64,000 nucleotides of DNA from Candidatus Micrarchaeota archaeon (GCA_046536795.1 JAWDMB010000001.1:74449-138448), one strand, 5' to 3'. Shown: positions 53,791 to 62,519, counted from the first letter of the stretch. Notes: generated by a model from the letters alone, not told the origin. Numbers and translations: made by a program.

Positions 53791-54602
53791 TCATGGAAGC
53801 AGATATCTATTCACTTAATGGCGAAATCTCTGGAAAGATTGCGTTGCCAAATGTATTTAATACACCTTTTAGAATAGACCTTGTAAGAAGGGCCCTCCTT
53901 GCTGAGCAGAGCCTAAAGTACCAGCCACAAGGGCATTATCTGCTTGCTGGGCTTCAGACAACAGCAGTATATGTTGGCAGGACGGGTGCATATAGGTCTG
54001 GCAGGCATATGGGTATAGCAATAAGGCCTAGGCAAAAGCTTGGCGGAGGTGCGATGGGCGATGTTAGAAGGATACCTTCTGCGGTAAAAGGGAGGCGTGC
54101 ACATCCTCATAAGATAGAGAAGAAGTTGGTTGAGCTTATAAATCTGAAAGAGTATAGAAAGGCTATTGCCTCTGCAATAGGCGGCTCAGCAAATAAAGAA
54201 ATTATAGGTAAGGTGCATAAAGTAAATAAAAATATTCCATTTGTTGTTGATGATAAGATAGAAAGTATAAAGAAGTCAAAGGAGCTTATAAGCATATTAA
54301 ATAAGCTCGGCTTAGGCGAAGAGCTAGAGAGATCGCATGAGCCAAGAATAAGGAAAGGGCTTAGAAGAAGCTCAAGGATAAGGAAGTTTAGAAAGAGTAT
54401 TCTTATAGTAACACTTAATGATAATGGTATTGGCTTAGCAAGCAGAAATATACCAGGGGTTGCGCATGCAAAGCTTTCAGACCTAAACATTGAGCTTCTC
54501 GCGCCCGGGGCTATGCCAAGAATAGTTATATGGAGTGAATCTGCAGTTAAGAATCTCGAAAATGAATTAAATAAGTTGAAGATAAAGCAAGTGATAAGAT
54601 GA
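53787..54602 (+). CDS. rpl4: 50S ribosomal protein L4 (uL4)
   Basis: Operon position. FRIDLVRRALLAEQS...QPQG... and RRAHPHK. Confidence 0.9.
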   Translation: MIMEADIYSLNGEISGKIALPNVFNTPFRIDLVRRALLAEQSLKYQPQGHYLLAGLQTTAVYVGRTGAYRSGRHMGIAIRPRQKLGGGAMGDVRRIPSAVKGRRAHPHKIEKKLVELINLKEYRKAIASAIGGSANKEIIGKVHKVNKNIPFVVDDKIESIKKSKELISILNKLGLGEELERSHEPRIRKGLRRSSRIRKFRKSILIVTLNDNGIGLASRNIPGVAHAKLSDLNIELLAPGAMPRIVIWSESAVKNLENELNKLKIKQVIR

Positions 54603-54850
54603 CAACTCTTATTTACCCGATAGCTACAGAAAAAGCAATAAATATGATTGAGAGAGATAATATCATAACATATGTAGTTAATATGAATGCGACTAAAAAA
54701 GAGATAAAAGAAGAATTTGAAAAAAGGTTTAATGTTAAAGTGGCAAGGGTTTCAACAATAAGAGAGCCTTCAAATAGGAAAAAAGCTTATATTAAGTTAA
54801 GTCCTCAATATAAGGCTAGCGACATAGCGTTAAAGCTGAAGCTAATATAA
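54599..54850 (+). CDS. rpl23: 50S ribosomal protein L23 (uL23)
   Basis: YPIATEKAINMIERDNIITYVVNMNATKKEIKEEFEKRFNVKV. Confidence 0.9.
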   Translation: MTTLIYPIATEKAINMIERDNIITYVVNMNATKKEIKEEFEKRFNVKVARVSTIREPSNRKKAYIKLSPQYKASDIALKLKLI

Positions 54851-54860
54851 AGGTGAAAGA

Positions 54861-55577
54861 TTGGGTAAGAGATTAAAGCAGCAAAGGCGTGGAAAAGGAA
54901 GTAATGCGTATAGAAAGCCACCAAACACGTTTAAGGCTGATGTGGCTTTCAGGCCTAGCGTAGCTAATAAAGCGGTTGGTGAGGTAATCGAATTTATAGA
55001 TGATCCAGGCCACACAGCTCCACTTATGAGGATAAGATATGAGGATAATTCAGAATCAATACTTATAGCGCCTGAAGGCATAAAGATAGGGGATAAGATA
55101 GAAGAGGGCCCTGAAGCACATATATCTCTTGGCAGCATATTGCCGCTCTCAAAAATACCCGACGGCATGCCCATATATAATATAGAATCAGTGCCTGGAG
55201 ACGGAGGCAAGTTTGTAAGGGCCGCTGGCGCTTATGCTACTCTTGTTTCTCATGCAGGTGATAAGGTAAGCGTATGGCTTCCTTCTAAAAAGACTATAGA
55301 GCTTGATGCGAACTGCAGAGCAGAGATAGGAACAGTAGCAGGTGGCGGCATGGAGATGCAGCCAATAATGAAGGCAGGAAAGAATCATTATATTAAGCAT
55401 GCAATTAATGCCAAATGGCCAGTCAATAGAGGAGTAAAGATGAATCCTGTTGATCACCCATTCGGTGGCAAACAGCACCACAAGGGTGCATCAAGCATGG
55501 TAGCAAGGGGTGCACCACCAGGTGCAAAGGTGGGCCACATTGCTGCAAGACGTGTAGGAAGAAGAAAGAGGGGTTAA
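54861..55577 (+). CDS. rpl2: 50S ribosomal protein L2 (uL2)
   Basis: GKRLKQQRRGKGS...VDHPFGGKQHH. TTG start. Confidence 0.95.
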   Translation: MGKRLKQQRRGKGSNAYRKPPNTFKADVAFRPSVANKAVGEVIEFIDDPGHTAPLMRIRYEDNSESILIAPEGIKIGDKIEEGPEAHISLGSILPLSKIPDGMPIYNIESVPGDGGKFVRAAGAYATLVSHAGDKVSVWLPSKKTIELDANCRAEIGTVAGGGMEMQPIMKAGKNHYIKHAINAKWPVNRGVKMNPVDHPFGGKQHHKGASSMVARGAPPGAKVGHIAARRVGRRKRG

Positions 55578-55578
55578 A

Positions 55579-55971
55579 ATGGCTAGAGTTTTTACATTTA
55601 GAGGAAAGACATTAGAAGAGCTCAAAAGCATGAGCTTAGATGATTTTGCAAAACTGCTTAAATCAAGACAAAGGAGAGCCCTTAAGAGGATGGGCGTAAG
55701 GGAAAAGCAGCTTATTAAAAAAGTAGAGAAGCTTGAAAAGAAAGGCGGAAATAAAATAATAAGAACTCATGTTAGAAGCGCTGTTATTCTTCCTACATGG
55801 GTCGGAAAGAAGTTTGCAGTATTCAATGGCAAGGAGTTCCAGGAGCTTTATATAACGCCTGAAATGCTCGGCCATAGGCTTGGCGAGTTTATATTTACAA
55901 CAAAGCGTGTCATTCACTCTGCGCCAGGTATAAGAGCTACGCGTGGAAGTAAGTTCCTAGCGGTGAAGTAA
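55579..55971 (+). CDS. rps19: 30S ribosomal protein S19 (uS19)
   Basis: FTFRGKTLEEL...RTHVRSAVILPTWVGKKFAVFNGKEF. Confidence 0.95.
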   Translation: MARVFTFRGKTLEELKSMSLDDFAKLLKSRQRRALKRMGVREKQLIKKVEKLEKKGGNKIIRTHVRSAVILPTWVGKKFAVFNGKEFQELYITPEMLGHRLGEFIFTTKRVIHSAPGIRATRGSKFLAVK

Positions 55972-56654
55972 TGAGATATTCTTTCAATATTAAAAATGCA
56001 GAAAATATCGTTCTTGCACAAAGGTATGATATTAATGCTAGCTATAAGGATCTAGCTGCGGTATGCGATGCAATAAGATACATGAATGCAGGCGCTGCAC
56101 TCGATAAGCTTGACAGGCTTATAGCTATGGAAATGCCCATAGAGTATAAAAGGCACAACAAGCACATGGGTGCAAGGCATGAGCTTGGTGGTAGAAAGGG
56201 TGCATACCCTATAAAGGCTGCAAAAGAGGTAAGGCTAGCGCTTATAAACGCGATAGCTAATGCAAACAATAAAGGCTTGTCTGGTGAAGATCTATATATT
56301 GTTCACGCAGCAGCAAACAAGACAAGAATACTTAGAAGATACCCTTCTAGAGGCACTTTAGCATGGGGAAGGGGCATGTATGGAAGAGCATCGATTATGC
56401 ATAGTGATCTTGAGTATGCAAAAGTAGAGATAGGCTTAGCAAGCAAAGATGAAGCATGGCTTACAAAGAGCATGAAATATTTTATAAAGAAGAAGGAGCT
56501 TGAAGATACGTTAAGCAAAAAAGAGAGAGAAAAGAATAAGAAGGAAAAGAGCGAAAGCAAAGAAAAAGAAGCCAATGAAAAGTCAAAAGAGGAAGAAAAT
56601 AAGAAAGAAGTGGCTGAGCAAAAGATGAAAGAAGGCAATAAAGCGGTGAAGTAA
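55971..56654 (+). CDS. rpl22: 50S ribosomal protein L22 (uL22) with K/E-rich C-terminal extension
   Basis: Core ASYKDLAAVCDAIRYM...YPIKAAKEV...ANANNKG. The last ~70 residues are low-complexity Lys/Glu. Confidence 0.9.
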   Translation: MRYSFNIKNAENIVLAQRYDINASYKDLAAVCDAIRYMNAGAALDKLDRLIAMEMPIEYKRHNKHMGARHELGGRKGAYPIKAAKEVRLALINAIANANNKGLSGEDLYIVHAAANKTRILRRYPSRGTLAWGRGMYGRASIMHSDLEYAKVEIGLASKDEAWLTKSMKYFIKKKELEDTLSKKEREKNKKEKSESKEKEANEKSKEEENKKEVAEQKMKEGNKAVK

Positions 56655-57280
56655 TGGTCGTTGAAAGAAAATTTATAGCGGATGCATTAATTAAGCTTAG
56701 AATCTCTCAGTATTTGGAGAAGGCTTTAAGCAAGGCCGGCTTTTCAAGAGTAGAGATACAGAAAACACCAGTTATTACAAGAATAACAGTATACGTTACA
56801 AATCCTGGAAGGGTAATAGGAAGTGGCGGCCAGACAATTAATGCACTTACAGAAGAAATTAAGAACAAGTTCCATATACAAAACCCTCAAATAAGTGTTG
56901 CTGAAGTAAAGAATCCTAAGCTTGAGCCCAGGATAGTTGCCAGATATATTGCAAATTCGCTTGAGAGGGGTGCAAACCCAAGGAGCTTGCTACATTCTGT
57001 TTTAAGAGATATTATTGCTGAGGGTGCACTTGGAGCCGAGCTTATAGCAAGCGGTAAGCTTGCCGCAAAGGGCGCAAAAGCAAGAACGATGAAGGTAAGG
57101 CATGGCTACATGCCAAAGGCCGGTGCCGTTAAGAATCTTGTTGATGAAGTCCATCTTACAGCTTATCCAAAATACGGTGCTATTGGCATTACAGTAAGAA
57201 TAGTGCAGCCTGGAACAGTATTCCCAGATAGAGAAATTAAAGAGGTTGCACTCCCAAAGAGTATTGCAGAAGCACAGTGA
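56654..57280 (+). CDS. rps3: 30S ribosomal protein S3 (uS3)
   Basis: KH domain (VEIQKTPVITRITVYVTNPGRVIGSGGQTINAL) and operon position. Confidence 0.95.
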   Translation: MVVERKFIADALIKLRISQYLEKALSKAGFSRVEIQKTPVITRITVYVTNPGRVIGSGGQTINALTEEIKNKFHIQNPQISVAEVKNPKLEPRIVARYIANSLERGANPRSLLHSVLRDIIAEGALGAELIASGKLAAKGAKARTMKVRHGYMPKAGAVKNLVDEVHLTAYPKYGAIGITVRIVQPGTVFPDREIKEVALPKSIAEAQ

Positions 57281-57483
57281 TGTTTATGAAGATTAAAGAA
57301 TTAAGGTCTTTGTCTAACGATGCACTAAAGGCGAAGCTTGATGAGGTAAGGCTAGATCTTAGCATAGAGAAGAGAAAGATCGCCTCTACTGGTGTTTCAA
57401 GTAAGAAAGTAAAGGTAAGGGAATTAAAAAGAACGGTTGCTCAAATTTTAACTCTACTAAGAGAGAGGGGTGTGAAGCTCTAA
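57277..57483 (+). CDS. rpl29: 50S ribosomal protein L29 (uL29)
   Basis: MKIKELRSLSNDALKAKLDEVRLDL. The start is either 57277 (GTG) or Met4. Confidence 0.9.
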   Translation: MMFMKIKELRSLSNDALKAKLDEVRLDLSIEKRKIASTGVSSKKVKVRELKRTVAQILTLLRERGVKL

Positions 57484-57788
57484 TGTCTGAAATTTGTCCA
57501 AAGTGCGGCTTACCAAAAGAACTTTGCGTGTGCGACATACTAGAAAGGGAAACGTCCAAGAATATTAAGGTATATGTGGAGCAGAAGAAGTTCCAAAAAT
57601 ATGTTACAATAGTTGAGGGCCTAGCGGGCGACGAACTTGAAAAGGTGGCCAAGTCATTGAAGAGCATGCTTGCGTGTGGCGGCACATATAAAAATGGTGT
57701 TATAGAACTGCAAGGCATGCACAAAGAGGAAGTTAAAAAAGCGTTGATAAAGCTTGGCTACCCAGAAAACAGCATAGATGTGGTATAA
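57483..57788 (+). CDS. sui1: translation initiation factor aIF1 / SUI1
   Basis: 101 aa. N-terminal CPKCG..CVC zinc knuckle, then the SUI1 fold (KYVTIVEGL...LKSMLACGGTYKNGVIELQG). Confidence 0.9.
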   Translation: MSEICPKCGLPKELCVCDILERETSKNIKVYVEQKKFQKYVTIVEGLAGDELEKVAKSLKSMLACGGTYKNGVIELQGMHKEEVKKALIKLGYPENSIDVV

Positions 57789-58250
57789 TTAAACTTCTTC
57801 TTTTCTGTAGCCTGTTTCTATTATCTCTTTAAGCACATCTATAAGATAGCTTGCATTCTTTACTATGTCACCTTCGCTTATTATACCTATAAGTGAGCCG
57901 TTATCATCTACCACACATAGCTTCTTTATCCTTTTATTTACCATCGTTCGTGCAGCATCTTCTAGAGAAAGATCTCTCTTAATTGTAACAACAGGCTTGC
58001 TCATAACATGCGAAGCTTTTGCAAACAGCAAGTTTCTTTTCTTTGAAAGAAGCCTTCTTATAATGTCACCTTCTGTGACTATGCCAATAGGCACATTCTT
58101 CTCATCGACTATTACGACAGAATTAACACCATACTTGTTCATCTTCTGAGCAATGCTCTTTATGCTATCCTTTCCTCTGGCTGTAATTACAGGTCTGCTC
58201 ATCACATCGTTTACTATAAGAGATCTTGTATCCGAATACATACTCTTCAA
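57789..58250 (-). CDS. CBS-domain pair protein
   Basis: 153 aa. Two CBS repeats (VMSRPVITA...GIVTEGDIIRR and VMSKPVVTI...GIISEGDIVK). Confidence 0.8.
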   Translation of the reverse strand: MKSMYSDTRSLIVNDVMSRPVITARGKDSIKSIAQKMNKYGVNSVVIVDEKNVPIGIVTEGDIIRRLLSKKRNLLFAKASHVMSKPVVTIKRDLSLEDAARTMVNKRIKKLCVVDDNGSLIGIISEGDIVKNASYLIDVLKEIIETGYRKEEV

Positions 58251-58383
58251 GCAACTTAAGTATTTTAAAATTTAAAAAAGAAACCGCAAAAAAGAGGTAG
58301 TCAAGGTAAAGAATATGATTGGCAAATAGATTAGCAATTCTAAGTAATCTTTTTATTGTTTTTTAATAGTATAATGTGAGGAT

Positions 58384-59382
58384 ATGAAAACTTTTAGGAA
58401 GAAGCCTTTAAGAAAGGCTTCAGCCAAAGCGCAAAGCGCGATGGAGTATTTAATGACTTATGGCTGGGCCATACTTATTATAAGCGTAGTCCTTGCTGCA
58501 CTCTTCCAGCTCGGCGTTTTTAATCCGATGACATTTGCGCCAAAGGCGCCACCTGGCTCATGCCAGGTTTTTAGGCCAAACGGCCCAGGCACAACTTCTT
58601 TCATAAACCTTGAAGGCGTATGCAGTGGCGAGATACCGCAGTATACTGCTTATTTTTCAAATACTTCCCTGGGTGGTATTAATGTTCCCTCTTCTCCAAC
58701 TATAAATACTGCTTGGAGTGGCGGGTCGTATACAATAACCGCATGGTTTGATGAAACCGCTTTACTAAATAGTAGTACCTATCGTCTACCATTGCAAGAA
58801 TCAAGTTGTACTTGCACATCTGGCTTTTATATTGGGGGCTCATCGAATAATACAGGATATACCTTAGGAGCTAGAGAATTTTATGCTACCACCTATAACA
58901 GCTACTGCCAAAACGTACCGTGTGCGGCTGTTGGCGTTGGTTATAGTGGTATACCTTACAATAGATTTGTATTTATAGCAGACGTATTTCACTATGTTCC
59001 TGGTCAAACAGGAAATTATCTGGCAATGTGTGTAAATGGAAATTGCAATAATGTAACGTGGAGCGAGCCCTACCCTCCGGTAAATTATACATATGTTGGG
59101 TATAGTTGGTGGATGGGAAATTCGTATTGGTGGGGCGAGGGTAAAGACTTTGGAGCATATTTAGCGGATGTCCAGCTCTACAACACCTCTCTTTCGCAGA
59201 GTGAACTTCAGGCACTTTACCAAGAAGGTATAGGTGGCGCGCCTATTGACCTACAGCATCTTGTTGGCTGGTGGCCACTCAACGGCAATGCAAACGACTA
59301 CAGCGGCAATAACAACAACGGCCAAATAAGCGGTAATGTAAACTTTGTAAGCAACTGGTATCGCGGCTATACACCACCATAA
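58384..59382 (+). CDS. type IV pilin-like (class III signal peptide) protein with LamG/concanavalin-like domain
   Basis: The N-terminus KAQSAMEYLMTYGWAILIISVVLAALF is the archaeal prepilin-type signal plus hydrophobic helix. C-terminal YLADVQLYNTSLSQSELQALYQEG is typical of LamG-type jelly rolls. Confidence 0.7.
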   Translation: MKTFRKKPLRKASAKAQSAMEYLMTYGWAILIISVVLAALFQLGVFNPMTFAPKAPPGSCQVFRPNGPGTTSFINLEGVCSGEIPQYTAYFSNTSLGGINVPSSPTINTAWSGGSYTITAWFDETALLNSSTYRLPLQESSCTCTSGFYIGGSSNNTGYTLGAREFYATTYNSYCQNVPCAAVGVGYSGIPYNRFVFIADVFHYVPGQTGNYLAMCVNGNCNNVTWSEPYPPVNYTYVGYSWWMGNSYWWGEGKDFGAYLADVQLYNTSLSQSELQALYQEGIGGAPIDLQHLVGWWPLNGNANDYSGNNNNGQISGNVNFVSNWYRGYTPP

Positions 59383-59392
59383 AATTTTGTAA

Positions 59393-59412
59393 TTTAGCTC
59401 GGCGAGGCTAAA
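59393..59412 (+). terminator. hairpin downstream of the pilin-like gene
   Basis: TTTAGC-TCGGCGAG-GCTAAA stem-loop 11 nt after the stop, followed by an A/T-rich tract. Confidence 0.3.
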
Positions 59413-59479
59413 ATTTCTATACGATTAAAGATGAGACTTTAGTTGTTTTAAAGTTTTTAGAAAGCAAATCTTATAGACG

Positions 59480-59552
59480 CGCCTCGGCCGGGATTCGAAC
59501 CCGGGTCACAAGCGTGACAGGCTCGTATGCTAGACCACTACACTACCGAGGC
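59480..59552 (-). tRNA. tRNA-Asp (anticodon GTC)
   Basis: The reverse complement folds: acceptor GCCTCGG/CCGAGGC, anticodon stem CGAGC/GCTTG, loop CTGTCAC, T-arm CCGGG-TTCGAAT-CCCGG. Confidence 0.9.
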
Positions 59553-59586
59553 TTCATCATTTATTCATTTATTAGCATTGAGTATT

Positions 59587-59687
59587 TCCCGTTGGGGTGA
59601 GTCGAACACCCAACCTGCCGGTATCCTTTTGACAAGCAAAAGGTGTCAAGCTACAGCCGGCCGCTCTAGCCATTGAGCTACAACGGG
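59587..59687 (-). tRNA. tRNA-Tyr (anticodon GTA) with 28-nt intron at 37/38 (59623..59650)
   Basis: Acceptor CCCGTTG/CAACGGG. Anticodon stem GCCGG...CCGGC is interrupted after CTGTAG by CTTGACACCTTTTGCTTGTCAAAAGGAT. T-arm GGGTG-TTCGACT-CACCC. A near-canonical BHB can be drawn. Confidence 0.85.
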
Positions 59688-59729
59688 TAAAGACTAATAT
59701 TAATATATCTATAGATAGCTATAAAAATT

Positions 59730-62519
59730 ATGCCAAATATTCAGCGTGGAGAATCCAAGGCGACAAACCCAAAAGCTAAGCAGGATTTGAGCAATCTAAG
59801 CACGAAAAAATCTGCTAAAAGGAAGATTGTGGTTAAAAGAAAAGCCCCACTTTATATTTATTGGTTAAAAGACCTTTTAAGACAGTTTGCGTCGCATAAA
59901 AATTTTCTAGACGCCCTTGCCACTTCATTCGCACTTGCAAGTATTTCTTTTGCAGCACCATTCTTTCCTATTCCAATAATAATAGCCCTTCTTATTTTAA
60001 CCTTTGTACTAACAATGATTCATCCATTGATAGGAATGATGGCTCTTTTCTTTGAATCGCTGCCTATGTTTATATATCAAACTCCGCTTCTTGCTTGGCT
60101 CTTTATGCTCTTCATGGGCGTTGCCTTCCTTTTCGGCTTTAAGCATTACAGGACTATAACCTTTGTTTATGTGCTTAGTGTGCTTCCTTTTTCAAGCTTA
60201 GGCTATTTCATTGAAATTCCTGTTTTTGTTCTTGCAATAATGATCATCGGCACAAAAAGAGGCATAATAGCTGCGGCGCTTGCTATATTAATTATTGCAG
60301 CTGTTTCTGGGCTCACTGGTTTGCAGAACACAGGAGCTATAGCCTTTAATGCAACACTTGCGCATTCAGTAATTTCAAGCAGCGCTTATGCAAATTATCT
60401 TGTTCCAGATAAGCAATTAGTTTCTTTTTCAAACCTTAGCTCTGCATGGTCAAATGCGGTAAGCGAGTTTTTCGGCTTTAAGGTTACTGGTGGAATAGTA
60501 AATGCACTCTTCCTTTCAATAGCATCTATAGCCTCGCAGCCTATAAACGTTTTAATCGAGCTTGTCGTATGGGTTATACTGGTATTTATAATCAGCAACT
60601 ACGTAATAAGCAGCAGGTCAAAATACAAAGGTACTATTGCAAGCTTATTTAGCATTCTAATACCAGTAACTTATGTTGGTTTATCATATCTATCAAATAG
60701 GCCTTTTTCGCTGTATCCTTTCATAGGCTTCATCATAACACCACTTATACTTCTTCTCTTCGAGCTTAACGATATACCTGTAATAAAGGCACTTGATGTA
60801 ATGAAGCAAGATTTTAGGGCAAAGTTCGGAGAAGGGTTCGAAGATCTTACAAGTGGTTCAAAAGAAACACTTGACGATGTTGCCGACTACGAGGAAACAA
60901 AGGAAGAACTTAAAACAGCCATAATCTCACCTATTGAGCATAGAGAGATCGCAGGAGCATACGGAGTAAAGCCTGCTAAAGGCATTCTCCTCTTTGGCCC
61001 GCCAGGTACAGGCAAAACTTTAATGATGCGCGCGCTAGCAAATGAGATTAGGGCCGGCTTCTTCTATGTTAAGGCATCATCCATAATATCACCATATGCT
61101 GGCGAAAGTGCACAGGCAATCTCTAGGATCTTTGCAATAGCTAAGAAGCATGCACCATGTGTGCTCTTCTTCGATGAGATCGATGGCATAGCTGGCAATA
61201 GGGAGTTACAGACAACAGAAACAGGAAAGGAAATTCTTTCAACCCTACTCAGCGAGATGGACGGCTTCCAAAAGATAGACAATGTAGTCATAGTTGGTGC
61301 AACAAACGTACCAAACCTAATCGATCCAAGCTTATTAAGGCCTGGTAGATTTGATAAACTCATTTACATGCCGCTTCCTGATGCGCATGGAAGAGCCGAG
61401 ATATTTAGGTATTACTTAAGCAAGTTGCCTATTGGAAATGATATAGACTACGATAAGCTCGCTGAGCTTACAGAAAGATATTCAGGTGCAGACATAAAGA
61501 ATGTTTGTGATGAGGCTGCAAGGGAAGTGGCAGAGGAAGCTACTTCAATGAACAAAGTACTGGAAATTACAATGAATGATCTGATAAAAGTTATAAAGAT
61601 GACAAAACCTTCAACATCTCTTAGCCAGCTTGAAGAATATACAACATTCAAGCTTGATTACGAAAGAAGGCTGCACCCAGAAAGACTAGAAAAAGAAGCT
61701 GAAGAAAAGGTCTCACTAGAGGATGTTATTGACCTAGAAGAGGCAAAGCGCGCGATCTACGAAGCGGTAGAAATACCAATATTACATCCGGATCTGGTAA
61801 AGAAGTATGATGTTGAAAACATAAAAGGCATTCTCCTCTTTGGTCCGCCAGGTACAGGTAAAACAATGCTTATGCGCGCAGTTGCTTCAGAGATAGGGGA
61901 TGTGCATATGATACTTCTTTCTGGCGCAGAGATAGCAAAAACAGGTTTGGATAAAGCAGTTATAACAATAAAAGAAGCCTTCAACAGAGCTAAAGAAAAT
62001 ACACCATCTATAATATTCGTAGACGAGATAGATGCGGTTGTGCCTAACAGAGAGGTAGCAAGCGAATTGGGTGTTGAGCTTACAGGTGAATTCTTGCAGG
62101 AGCTCGACGGCATTAAGTCAGCACGAGGCATAGTGCTTGTAGGTGCAACAAACAGGCCAGATGCACTAGATCCAGCACTTCTCAGATCTGGCAGGTTTGA
62201 CAAGCTTATCTTCGTGCCCCCACCTAATGAAGAGCAGCGTGCAGAGCTTTTCCAGCTTTACCTTAAGAAAGCACCACTTGAAGAAGATATAGATTTTCAA
62301 AAGCTTGGCAACATGACACCAGGCTTTACCGGTGCAGATATAGCAAATCTTTGTAGGCAAGCAAAGATGAATGCACTTGAAAAATCGGTCACGATGCACA
62401 CAGAGGTTAAGATAAGCATGGCAGACCTTACTACCCTTATAGAAAAAACAAAGCCATCAGCGCCAAGCATGGTTATAGGCAAATATCTATCTTTCTTGTC
62501 TACTTACGGGCAGCGTTAA
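59730..62519 (+). CDS. membrane-embedded tandem AAA+ ATPase (Cdc48/VAT-like D1-D2 with polytopic N-terminal domain)
   Basis: 929 aa. Basic N-terminus, then about 10 predicted TM segments (res ~55-345). Two classic AAA modules follow, each with GPPGTGKT, (F/V)DEID and ATN..LDP(S/A)LLR.GRFD. Confidence 0.8.
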   Translation: MPNIQRGESKATNPKAKQDLSNLSTKKSAKRKIVVKRKAPLYIYWLKDLLRQFASHKNFLDALATSFALASISFAAPFFPIPIIIALLILTFVLTMIHPLIGMMALFFESLPMFIYQTPLLAWLFMLFMGVAFLFGFKHYRTITFVYVLSVLPFSSLGYFIEIPVFVLAIMIIGTKRGIIAAALAILIIAAVSGLTGLQNTGAIAFNATLAHSVISSSAYANYLVPDKQLVSFSNLSSAWSNAVSEFFGFKVTGGIVNALFLSIASIASQPINVLIELVVWVILVFIISNYVISSRSKYKGTIASLFSILIPVTYVGLSYLSNRPFSLYPFIGFIITPLILLLFELNDIPVIKALDVMKQDFRAKFGEGFEDLTSGSKETLDDVADYEETKEELKTAIISPIEHREIAGAYGVKPAKGILLFGPPGTGKTLMMRALANEIRAGFFYVKASSIISPYAGESAQAISRIFAIAKKHAPCVLFFDEIDGIAGNRELQTTETGKEILSTLLSEMDGFQKIDNVVIVGATNVPNLIDPSLLRPGRFDKLIYMPLPDAHGRAEIFRYYLSKLPIGNDIDYDKLAELTERYSGADIKNVCDEAAREVAEEATSMNKVLEITMNDLIKVIKMTKPSTSLSQLEEYTTFKLDYERRLHPERLEKEAEEKVSLEDVIDLEEAKRAIYEAVEIPILHPDLVKKYDVENIKGILLFGPPGTGKTMLMRAVASEIGDVHMILLSGAEIAKTGLDKAVITIKEAFNRAKENTPSIIFVDEIDAVVPNREVASELGVELTGEFLQELDGIKSARGIVLVGATNRPDALDPALLRSGRFDKLIFVPPPNEEQRAELFQLYLKKAPLEEDIDFQKLGNMTPGFTGADIANLCRQAKMNALEKSVTMHTEVKISMADLTTLIEKTKPSAPSMVIGKYLSFLSTYGQR

